The notes beneath the pieces were generated by a model that made no database searches, was not told the DNA's origin, and was given only the letters and a program-made list of their open reading frames with translations. A stretch of 64,000 bases of DNA from assembly GCA_963788655.1 (NCBI GenBank), contig CAWBHS010000076.1, positions 1 to 64,000 of the forward strand. Reading direction: 5' to 3'. Positions 41,601-50,885 of the stretch are shown in pieces. Source of the stretch: an uncultured Verrucomicrobiae bacterium. Its GTDB lineage: Bacteria; Verrucomicrobiota; Verrucomicrobiia; Limisphaerales; JAFGQR01. The position numbers and the translations under genes are program-made. Each line of letters begins with the position of its first letter. The first letter of the stretch is position 1.

Positions 41601-42005
41601 GTTTCCAAGCGATGCACGAACAGATCCAGACTACGGTGCTTGATCGTCGTTGGTGACTAATGTTGGCGCGTAACTGAGAAATGCCACCGAGCGTCCATCC
41701 GCGCTCATTGTCGGCAGGAACGAACCGCCGGCCGCACGATTCAGGCCGGGAGTGACGGAGAGCGGTTGCACCGGTTCGGCGGCACACGGATTTGCCGTTG
41801 GCAACATTGCCGCGAGCAGCGCCAATAGGGCGACGGCAACAAAGCGTCGTAACGGCGGCAGCGGCATACGAACCGGAGCGCGGACATTCGTGTCCGCTTC
41901 CGGCGCCCAGCCCTCCGAAGCGGACACGAATGTCCGCGCTCCGGCCAACGAGGTTTCGGAATTGTTCTGTCGTGGTAGCAGAGAACAGCACGTTAAAGAT
42001 TTCAT
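38666..42005 (-). CDS. Large secreted TolB-like/PD40 beta-propeller protein with TSP3-like Ca-binding repeats and a C-terminal RFYRV domain; about 3 frameshifts
   Basis: Repeated S[AP]DGRxVxFxSxAxxLVxxDTN..DIFVRD units over ORFs 41631, 41300, 40825 and 38666; DTDGDGLDDDWE..DFDHDG..AGTDP; ends GHRFYRVLLVP. Start is 42005 or 41867. Confidence 0.85.
41873..41944. repeat. REP doublet, family B, perfect 28-bp inverted repeat (72 bp)
   Basis: ccggagcgcggacattcgtgtccgcttc-N16-gaagcggacacgaatgtccgcgctccgg. Confidence 0.9.
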
Positions 42006-42025
42006 GCGCGTGAAAGGGGTTGAGG

Positions 42026-42979
42026 TTAAAGCCGGGGCAACAAGACGTGATAAACGCCGTTATCGCCTTGCTGTTCCAGCGTCTCGTCCGCATAACGTTT
42101 TAGAGTGAGGCTGGTGGTTTGCAGCACTTGGCCGTCGTACAGCAACAGATTGCCCGATTGATTGTGCAAGCCGGTGAGCCATTTGAAAAAGTTTGGAGAG
42201 TTATGGTAGTTAATGCCCGCAGCCGTCGTGACTCCACTCGAGCAACCAACGTTGTACCCGTTGACAAACATGTTGCGATCGGCGCCAATGAACGACCGGG
42301 TTGATCCCGAAAACACATCCAGGGCAATCAAATAGCTGACCGCTTGGTTGCGATACCCCGGATTCAGGAAGCCTCCATCCAGGGAACCGGAAAAGTCCCG
42401 CGCGACTTTGGTTTGTTCATCGGCGGGGCAGGCCAGGATGCGGGGCGTGGTGATCTCGTTGGACATCCAGGCGTAGTGGAACCAGGCATTGTTGATGTAG
42501 ATGCTCCAACTCGGGCGCGGCACGTCGGTACAGAACGTCGGGTAAAACCAGAGGCCCCCTTCGCAAAACGGCGTCCGAATGGGCATCGCGTCCCCGTGAT
42601 CATTGCCCCACAGATGATACGCCTCGCCGAGTTGGCGCAGGTTGTTCACGCAATCCACCCGGTCGGCGTATCCCCGACTACTGGCCAAAACCGGCAAGGT
42701 TACCGTAGCCAGCAGCGCCAGCGCGGCGATGATGGCCACCAGTTCAATCCGCGTGAAGGCGGCCGTGTCTGCCGTCCGCGGGATGCGGGTGGGGATGGGG
42801 CGCGCGCCCGCCCCGGGCGCCGTGGTTGGCGCCTCGCCAACCACCGTGCCTATCCCGAGTGGCTTGCGATTCAGTGGCTGCTCAGTTGCTGGGTCAACCG
42901 GCGAGGGCGCCGGTTGGCGGCGCCCGAGGCGGGCGCGCTCCCCGTCATCAATTCGAGAGATAGGGTTTGGAGTGTACAT
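42026..42979 (-). CDS. Prepilin-type N-terminal cleavage/methylation protein with H-X9-DG motif
   Basis: AA|FTRIELVAIIAALALLATVTLPVL, CVNNLRQLG, ILACPAD, HNQSGNLLLYDG (H-X9-DG). Confidence 0.88.
   Translation of the reverse strand: MYTPNPISRIDDGERARLGRRQPAPSPVDPATEQPLNRKPLGIGTVVGEAPTTAPGAGARPIPTRIPRTADTAAFTRIELVAIIAALALLATVTLPVLASSRGYADRVDCVNNLRQLGEAYHLWGNDHGDAMPIRTPFCEGGLWFYPTFCTDVPRPSWSIYINNAWFHYAWMSNEITTPRILACPADEQTKVARDFSGSLDGGFLNPGYRNQAVSYLIALDVFSGSTRSFIGADRNMFVNGYNVGCSSGVTTAAGINYHNSPNFFKWLTGLHNQSGNLLLYDGQVLQTTSLTLKRYADETLEQQGDNGVYHVLLPRL
42794..42946. repeat. Branched REP/REPIN-like palindrome (family H) inside the prepilin leader coding region
   Basis: Outer 29-bp inverted repeat (gatggggcgcgcgcccgccccgggcgccg / cggcgcccgaggcgggcgcgctccccgtc), each arm carrying its own perfect hairpin (tggttggcg-cct-cgccaacca; caaccggcg-aggg-cgccggttg). 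Confidence 0.85.
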
Positions 42980-42987
42980 GGCATGGT

Positions 42988-43305
42988 TCAATACTGTTTT
43001 TGTTTCAACCGCCAGAACCGGCTGGCCGGCTCTGACAAGCTGGTGAGGTAGGCGGTGGCGAAGGAAACGTTCTCGGAAAAGCGGACCACAATGTAGAACG
43101 GCGGGAAGTCGGGATCGGTGATGGCGGAAATGAGGGACGGACCGGTCTGATCGGGCGATTCCTGCGCGGCGAGCGTTGATTTCCCGGCAAGTCCGACCAG
43201 GGGCAAGGGACCGACCTGGGCGTTAGCCAGCGTGACAAGGGCGGCAAAGCCGATCCACGTTGATGTCAGTATCCAATAACCCGTTTTCCAAACTCCACAT
43301 CGCAT
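42988..43305 (-). pseudogene. Mini or internally deleted exoprotein: signal peptide + start of an Ig-like domain + RFWRL tail
   Basis: ...AALVTLANAQ; DQTGPSLISA..IVVRFSENV parallels DNTAPTILSA..VVVTFSESM in the giant gene; ends ASRFWRLKQKQY. Confidence 0.55.
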
Positions 43306-43567
43306 AGGCTCCTCACAATCACACCAAGCTTCAGGCGCTCCCCTCGCTGGCTCTTCATACGCTCACCTAAAAAACCATGGCCTTGACGGTAAACTGCCTC
43401 AAAGCCGGGAACGTTCTGGCGGTGATTAGAACAGCATTTTTGTTGCTTGAATGCAATCAAAAAAACAGGCGCATGGCTTGGCTGCTTGGCCGTCAGGCAG
43501 AACAAGACGGCGCAACGGCTGGCTTCGGCCTAGACAGGAGCTTGGCTCATACTTGTTCATACCCGTG

Positions 43568-43637
43568 GTAGCCATCGACGTATTGAGGCGGACTTGACGC
43601 AACCGCCCATGCTCCGCCTCCTCACGTCGGCGGCTAC
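43568..43637. repeat. GTAG-type REP doublet, family A
   Basis: gtagccatcgacgtattgaggcgga ... tccgcctcctcacgtcggcggctac. Confidence 0.8.
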
Positions 43638-43651
43638 AGCCGGTCAACGGT

Positions 43652-43885
43652 TTAAGCGGAGTGTGAACTGTCTATTGTTTCGCAGTTCACCGTTCCAGCA
43701 CTCGATAAAAGCGTGCCCGGCCCCTGCACGGTCGTTTGGACGATGGACTGTTGCCCGTCGCCAATCGGTCCGGATTGCAGCGCGCTTTTGCCGTCGTGAC
43801 TGAGATTTGTTTGCCCGAACCAAGGGGCATCTCCCGCCGAGTCCCAGTTTAGATCCATCGTATCCAGTGCTTTGGGCAACGGCAT
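43652..43885 (-). pseudogene. Fragment of a verrucomicrobial exoprotein domain
   Basis: ALDTMDLNWDSAGDAPWFGQTNLSHDGKSALQSGPIGDGQQSIVQTTVQGPGTL resembles a recurrent verrucomicrobial extracellular module; it degenerates after PGTL and is bounded by repeats. Confidence 0.55.
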
Positions 43886-43906
43886 GAGAATGCTCAGGGC
43901 GGCTCA

Positions 43907-44038
43907 GAGCCTGTTTTAAAACTCTAGCCGGCCTGTAGCAGCCGACGTGAGGAGGCTCATTATTCCTCGAAAAACCGCGACGCGTCCGACATGAATGAGC
44001 CTCCTTACGTCGGCTGCTACCATTTTTCAAACAGCCGC
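43907..44038. mobile_element. 132-bp MITE-like element carrying a family A REP doublet (copy 1)
   Basis: tca|gagcctgttttaaaac...gtagcagccgacgtgaggaggctca...tgagcctccttacgtcggctgctac..tttttcaaacagccgc|taa; inverted homologue of 61877-62008. Confidence 0.75.
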
Positions 44039-44324
44039 TAAGGCGCTTCGAACGCAAAGCCCCAGGCAAATTGCTTCGGCTCCGATGAATCATTGCGCAA
44101 CCGAATATCGTCCAGACCCGTGCCTTGCTGATTGAGCACGACCTTTGCAACAGTAAGTCCGGCCGGGCCCGGACGGCCGGAATATCCACCACGATGGTTT
44201 CAATGATGGTCTGGAGAGCGCGCGGTCCGAACTGAGCCGCGAACTTGTGGGTCCGGCCGTGCTTCAAACTCAACCAGTTATATCCGCCATAGAGTGTCAC
44301 AACATTGGTGGCAACTCTCGAACT

Positions 44325-44395
44325 GGAGCGCGGACATTCTTGTCCGCCTCGGAGGGCGGTGGCACCCGGGAAGCGGACAAGAATGTCCGCGCTCC
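44325..44395. repeat. REP doublet, family B
   Basis: ggagcgcggacattcttgtccgc ... gcggacaagaatgtccgcgctcc. Confidence 0.85.
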
Positions 44396-44429
44396 GGGCC
44401 ACAAGCTTGCGTCGCTTCTTTGCCATCGG

Positions 44430-44523
44430 CACTGCGCTACTCCAATCCGCGCCCCCCCCGGAGGGCTGCGAACGCCCAGCCGAATACAATTCGGCGATAC
44501 AGCAGATTGAAACCCTGCGTGAC
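44430..44523. repeat. REP-like element, family D (degenerate)
   Basis: attcggcgatacagcagattgaaaccctgcg matches attcggcgattcagcagattgaaaatctgcg at about 2565-2596. Confidence 0.65.
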
Positions 44524-44610
44524 AAGCGGGACAGACGATGCTGGCTGCCCCGAACGGAGGGAAGATGGGCCATCGCTTTTTGAGTGATTCGAAACCCCAT
44601 CGGTCGGGTA

Positions 44611-44641
44611 CAAAAAAGAGGCCGGACTTGCGTCCGGCCTC
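44611..44641 (-). terminator. Rho-independent terminator of the giant exoprotein gene
   Basis: gaggccggac-N4-gtccggcctc followed by T6 on the minus strand, 27 nt after the stop codon. Confidence 0.85.
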
Positions 44642-44668
44642 GTGTGATTGGCTTAAGCGGAGACTCGC

Positions 44669-47600
44669 TTATTGTCGCAGACTGTAGAACTTCATGGGTT
44701 GCGTCGTCGTGAGCGTCATCGGATTGGTGGCACCACTCACGACGGTCCACGGACCGATCGGACTATCAGCTTCATAGAGGACACCATCATCCGGATTCCA
44801 GGAGATGGTGATCTGACCGGCCACCGAGCCATCGATGGTCAACTCAGGCGCCGTCACGCCCACCGGATACTCAGCCACAATTTCGAGGCCGAAGACCGCG
44901 TCGGAGCTGGCCGTTCCCGAGGTGTGCAGGTCGCACGCGATCGTGTTGTTGGCCAGCACCGAGCTGGCGACCAGATTGGTCGTGTCCACGATCGCTTCGC
45001 CACCGGCACTCGCTTCGTTCGTGAACGTGATGTCTCCGGTCGGCATCTTGTACCGGAAGGCTTCACTCCCGTTTAGGAAGCAGCGGACGCCGTCATCAAT
45101 GAAATGATTGACAGTGAACTGGCCGTTGGCCGGCAGCGCGCCCAAGGTCCAATCGAACGTCGTCCGGAAGTAGATGGTGTGGGTCGTCTCCGTCAACGTG
45201 GTGTTGAACGGTGCCGGGGCAATGGCGATAACGCCGGCGCTGGTTTCCTCGGCCAGGATGCCCGGTCCCGTGGCCCAACTCGTGTCGTCGAAACCACTGG
45301 TGGCGTACCAGGCGACGGCATCATAGTTGTCGGTGTCCGTCTTGGTTTCATCATACTTCCAGTCTGCGGTGTAATCCAACGCCACGATCTGTTCGAGGAT
45401 CGTCGCGGTGTTCGGACTGACGGAGTTCGGAGTCTGTGCGGTATCCGTAACGGCCGAGCTGATCACCACTGTGTAGGTCACGCCCCAGGTCAGCGGGGTT
45501 ACCAGGTTCAACGTTACGTTGGTCCCGTTGAGGACGGCGGTATTCACGGTCACGGTGCCGCCGCCCGCCTGATTGATGGTGTAATTGCCAGGGGCTTGGG
45601 CGCCCGAGGCCGCCAGCGTTTCGTCGAAGGAGAGCACCACGCTGCTCAGCGCCGGAGAGGCGATGCTGGCGCGGGCAACCGCCGCCAGTAACTGCGGCGG
45701 CCGAACGTCCGCATTCACGTTCAGAACCGAGTTCTCAGTGGTAACCGAGTTCTGGGTGTTGTGAATAATGCATCGGTAAACTCCGGCATCACCCGGCACG
45801 GCATTGGCGATGGTATAGGAGCTCCCAGTCGCTCCCGAGATATCCACGCCGCCCTTCTGCCATTGGTATTGCGGATCGGTGCCGAAGACCACGACCGAGA
45901 TAGTGACCGGATCGCCTTCTTCAACGGTTTGCGAAGCCACCGGCTGCTGCTGGATGGTGATGGGGATGGGCGTCGTCCCCCCGTCCAATCGACAATCAAC
46001 TGCGGACGGTAGCTGACAGTGGCGCCTTCCGAAGAATCGAACTGGAATCCATCCGTCCCGAGGTTGATCATGCCCCAGCCGTAGTTCACTCCCCCGTTGG
46101 CCCAGGACTGGACGGCCACGGTCACGTCAATATCAATAAACATGCCGACCGTGGCGGCGGTGGGAGAGATGGTGGCGATGGCCGGTTCCACAATATCGTT
46201 GGTGATACCGTCAGCCCCCAGCGTATTCCACGTGTCATTCGGCGTCCACGCCCTGGCCATGTCATAAATGGAGACGTCGTCGCCATTGTTCTCGTTGCGT
46301 AACCGCAAGGTGGCGGAGTTGATGGTCGCGCCCGCTTCGATTTGCCCGGGGTTGCCGCCAAATATATTGTCAAAGCGCAGCAAACCATGGCTGATCGGGC
46401 TTTCGCCGTCCACCAGCACCACCGCATTGGCACCGAAGGCGGTATCCGGATCCGTGGCGCTGACGTAGGTATCCACCGTGCCCGCGTAGCCATTGACTCC
46501 TTGCTGGAAGCCCGTCGGAGTGAGGATGGTGATGCTGTTCGGACTCAGCGCGTTGCCCGCCGGATCAGCGACGTTGTTGATCGTCAACATGGTAGTCTGA
46601 ACGGAGCTGTCCGCGATCGGATTGGCCGTCTGGACGGTGGCCACCGTGTCGTTGGCGGAAAGCGTCACCGCGACGACCGCATTAGCCGGGTTGAGGACGT
46701 AGTTCACCGCGTTGGACGCTTGCTGCGCCCCCATGCTTTCGGAGAACGTCACCACCACGTTGGTTAGATCCAGTTGGCGCACGGCAGAGAGGATCGTGGG
46801 GGCGGTGTTATCGGCGATCACTTCGACAGTGATCACCGGGCTATTGGTCGAGCTGCCAAGGCTGTTGGTGACTTGCAGGTAGTATTCACCCCCGTCAGCC
46901 ACCGCAGCGTTCGCCACGCTGTAGGTGTCCGCATTGGCCCCCGCAATGCCCACGGTGTCATGGAACCATTGGTATTGAGGCTCAAACCCGGAAACGCCAA
47001 ACGAGATGCTGAACGCATACCCCTGGGTGACCACGATGTGATTCGTGGGGGGCACGCTGGTGATGGCCACCGGCTCCACCGGCGGCAGCACGGCCAGGAT
47101 GCGCGCGCCAAACAAGCAGTCCGAGCTGGTGTCGTTGATCGCGTGCAGGTCCGCGGCGATGGTGTTGTTGCCTTGCTGGAGCAGGCTGAGATTCACAATG
47201 TTCGTGGCCAGCACGGCTTCACCCGTGAACCCGGTCTCATCGGCGAAGGTAGAGTGCGCAATAACCGCTGGCTCGGCCGGCATTTTGAAGCGGAAGGCCT
47301 CGGCCCCATTCACATGGAACACGACGCCATCATCGACGAAATGAATAATGGCGAGTTCCACGTGCGAATCCACGGCCCCCGGCGCATACGGCCAGTTCAC
47401 GTCCGTCTTGCGGTAGTAAGACGTAAAATGGTTGGCCGTAACCGGAGTGTTGATCGCAGCCGGTAAGACATCCGGACCGGTATAATTATCTTCCAAGCCG
47501 AGCAGCCCGGCGCCCGAAAGCCACAGGGAATCGTCATAAGTCCGATCCGAGAACGGCGGCACCGGGGAAATCAGGTCGGTGTCCGACGCATCGTACTTCC

Positions 47601-50159
47601 ACGTGTCCGCCCAATCGGCCAGGAGCAAGGCGGTGGTCATTTCGAGCGAGTTGTTCGGTGGGGCCGAGGCATTGCCCGCCACATCGTGGATGTTGTTGCC
47701 CACGGTGACCGTGTAGCGTTGGCCGAAGGTGGCATTGATGGTCAAGACCACCGAGGTGGAATTGACCAGGGTGGCGCCACCAATGGAAACGAGCGGCGTG
47801 ATGGTGTAATTCCCCGGGGTGGAGGCGCCCGTCGGGCTGAGCGGCTCGTCAAAGGTGAGCGTCAAGTTCGTCAGGGTGGTGCGGCCGTACGCCAGCGCCG
47901 ACATCAAGTACGGCGGCTTGGTATCCGGAACGACCGTAACCTGGATGACCGGACTGTTGGTCGAGCTGGGCACGGAATTGGTAACCTGCAGGTAATAATT
48001 ACCGGAGTCGCCCAGCACTGCTGCCGTGCGGCTGAAGGTCGCCGCGGTTTCGCCGGGCAGCGCCACACTGTCCTTGAACCACAGCAAGTGTGGGTCATAG
48101 CCATAGACGCCGAACACAATTTCAAATGACTTTCCTTCGTCCACATAAATGTGGTTGGTGGGCGGGACCGCCGTGATCTCCACCGGGATGTCGGTGCTAC
48201 CGGTCGCCCAGTCGATGGTCAGCATGGGCCGGTTTGAGCGACGGTCGCGTTTTCAGAGGTCGGCCAATCGAAGCCACCGTCCGAACCAGTCGCCGTATTG
48301 ATCAACACCCACCCGAAGTTGGGCAGCCCATTGGCCCATTCCTGAACCGAACTGGTGACGTCCACATTCACGAAACTCCCAGTCGGGTGCGGGTCAAAGG
48401 TGGTTACGATTGCCGCTTCCGCCTCGGTGCCGTCAGTGGAAACTCCGCCGACCATCACGTTCCAAGTGGCCGTGTTGTTCCAATCCACCAGCATGTTATG
48501 CACCGCAATGTTGTTACCCGGGTTAACAATGTAAAACCGCAGGGTCGCCCCATTGATGATCGAACCGTAGGGAACCTGGGTGGCCCCCAAGCCGAAGATG
48601 TTGTTAAACCGGATCAGACCCTGGGAATGCGGACCAGAATCATCCGTTGTGACTGTGTCATCGGTGCCATGGTTGGTGTTGGGATTATCCTCTTCCAACT
48701 CGGTATCCGCCGTTCCGGCGTAGCTATCCACGCCTTGCTGGAACGTGAAGATCTTGGGAATGGTCACCGGCACAATGGACGGGTCAAAAACCGTGTTACC
48801 GGCCAGGTCGCTCATGTTGTAGGCGGCAACGATGTAGGATTGATTCACATCCAGCGGCATGCTGGTGCCCAGCACCACTTGCGCGATGCCGTTGGTGAAC
48901 ACGAGGCGGTTGGGATCGGTGGGATCTGTTCCTTCCTGGCTCAAACAATCAACGAACTGATCGTCGGTGCAAATCAGATAATTGTACTTGTCCAACGCAT
49001 TGTCGGCCATGTCTTCGGACCAGGTTACAATGATGTTGGTGATGTTCGGCTGGCGCACGGCGGACAGCACGAACGGCGTAATGTTATCCGGACTGACGTT
49101 CACCGTGGCGGCGGTGCTGGTCACAGTGTTCACCGAGTTGTGGACGACCACGTAGTAAGTGCCGGCGTCGGCCAGCGCCGCGTCGGCCACGTAGTAAGTA
49201 GGGCTGGTGGCGCCGGAGATCAGCGTTCCCGAGCCCGGAGTGCCTTTGTACCATTGGAATTGCGGCGCGGTGCCGGTAACCCCGACACTCAGGCTGAAGC
49301 CCGCATTTTGCACGGTGTTGGTGTTCTGCGGTTGCTGGGTGATCACGATCTCCTCCGGCGGACCGTACAATACATCAGACAGTTCAATGGCCGAGAAGGC
49401 ATAGCAATAGGTGTCCGCAATGGTTTCGGTTCCACCACTACCATCATGATTCGGCACCAAGGCGCCACTGGCCAAAAGCGTGTGGTAATTTGAGCAGATC
49501 ACCGAGAAGGAGGTGCCATTGGGCACGATCTGGTCCCATCCAATCACATCACCGGACGTGTTGTTCCCGCTGTTCCAGGCCGCCTGCAGGTTGGGAGCCA
49601 TCTGGTTGCCATAAGGCGCCCAACCATTGGTGACGATGCCGGGTGAACCCGTGCCGGTAATGTGGGCCGGCACAGCGCTGTTGACGCCTTGGATGGTGGC
49701 CAGGGTCCAGCGGGGATAATTGTTACCCCGAACCGCAACACCACGGAAGGAATACGTGGAACCTGGATTGAGGTTGGTGAACGTAAACGTGACCGACGCC
49801 GTGTAAGGATCGGTGCCGAAATAGAGTGCACTTCCCGTCCATTCCACTTTCCCGCCAAAGATCAAATCAGCGGGTGTGCCCGCGTTCGGTGCTTAAGAGG
49901 TACCGGTCGTGCCACTGACCTGGCCGGCTACGGTAATATCAACTCCAACATTGTTGGGGACCGCCCCGCCAGTGAGGAAATCGGTCAGAGGTCCGCCCAC
50001 CGTGCCGAGACCAGTTGGAGAGTATGTCGTGACATTCGCCGCTGTACCGGCGCCACTTACGTGCTCGTTGTAGGCCGTCCAGTTAGTTGCCGTCTGAGCC
50101 CACAGGCCGACCGGCAACAAGGCCAATCCTACCGCGAAAGAGAGTAGTTTTCTTCTCAT
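44669..50159 (-). CDS. Giant (about 1830 aa) secreted multidomain protein: Ig-like repeats, two DNRLRE/CBM96-like modules, two jelly-roll modules and a C-terminal KFYSL domain; one in-frame TAA and two 1-nt deletions
   Basis: Signal MRRKLLSFAVGLALLPVGLWAQ; in-frame TAA at 49893-49895; missing A near 48234 and missing G near 45980. ITQQPQ..QWYK..DAGTYY (Ig); FQQGV..YAGT.DT..GL[IL]RF.NIFG..I..ATLR (x2); WKYD..YDDS.W..G.G.LG..DDGV..NG.E.FR..MP (x2). Confidence 0.85.
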
Positions 50160-50509
50160 AATTGGAATTGTTGTTTCTGAGTGTCTATGTTGTCCGTCGA
50201 TAGATAGATATTTTCCACGCATCGCCGCCTTAGCCCCCCATCGAACCAGCGTCCGTTACCCACGAAGCGGCCGGTTTGCCGTGGCTGGTGATTGCCTAGA
50301 ATGAGTGAAGGTAAACATAGGAATAGGTTGAATGCAAGCATATTCTTTGATGACCGGCAACCGGCGCCAGCGGCGCACCGGAAGCGCAAAAGATGGTTCC
50401 GCCGGGGTTGAAATCGTGCCCCGGAAGTCAGTTCGCGGCGTCCGGGGTCAATGTCCCAGGAATTTCCCCAGGCCCCAGCGACAGTCAACGGAACGACCGC
50501 ATGCATCCC

Positions 50510-50828
50510 GTAGGACAGCCGTCCCGGCTGTCCCGAACCACCAAACACCGTTCCTTTGGTCCCTGGACGCATCGGGCTAAGCTGTGACTATCCAGTAGGA
50601 CAGGCGTCCCGCCTGTCTTGAACGACTGCAAACCATCGACTTGTACCGCGACGCTGGGAGGCTCTCCAGGTCACTAAAAGGTGAGGATGCCTTTGGCTAT
50701 TCGAGACAGGCGAGACGCCTGTCCTACCACGCCGAATCGCCTCATCGCTGCTCCAGCTACTGAATAGTCACGGCTTGGAAGATGAACGGTCTTTGGCATT
50801 TCGGGACCGGCGGGACGCACGGTCCTAC
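50510..50828. repeat. Nested REP doublets, family C (GTAGGACAGGCGTCCCGCCTGTC)
   Basis: Forward copies at 50510 and 50595, inverted copies ending at 50727 and 50828; a single copy at 55322. Confidence 0.8.
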
Positions 50829-50885
50829 CGATGGGCCCGCAAAAACTTCTTTGAACCGCGGGCGACTTGCCCAAGAATACGGTGC

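Noticed and set aside
43644..44750. 368-aa ORF
   Set aside because: Stitched from REP/MITE translations (SADILVR, EPPHVGCY) and gene debris.
49893..49895. Stop-codon recoding in the giant gene
   Set aside because: TAA is used as a normal stop throughout the window; an error or nonsense mutation is simpler.
50215..50300. c-di-GMP-I riboswitch-like words (GGCAAACC...GGACGC) upstream of the giant gene
   Set aside because: No GNRA tetraloop in the P2 position and no P3 consensus; only a simple hairpin is supportable without an Infernal scan.
50775..50885. N-terminal extension of ClC from the ORF track (likewise 32631 for the nitrilase and 38435 for the ConA protein)
   Set aside because: The extensions run through REP sequence and better downstream starts exist.
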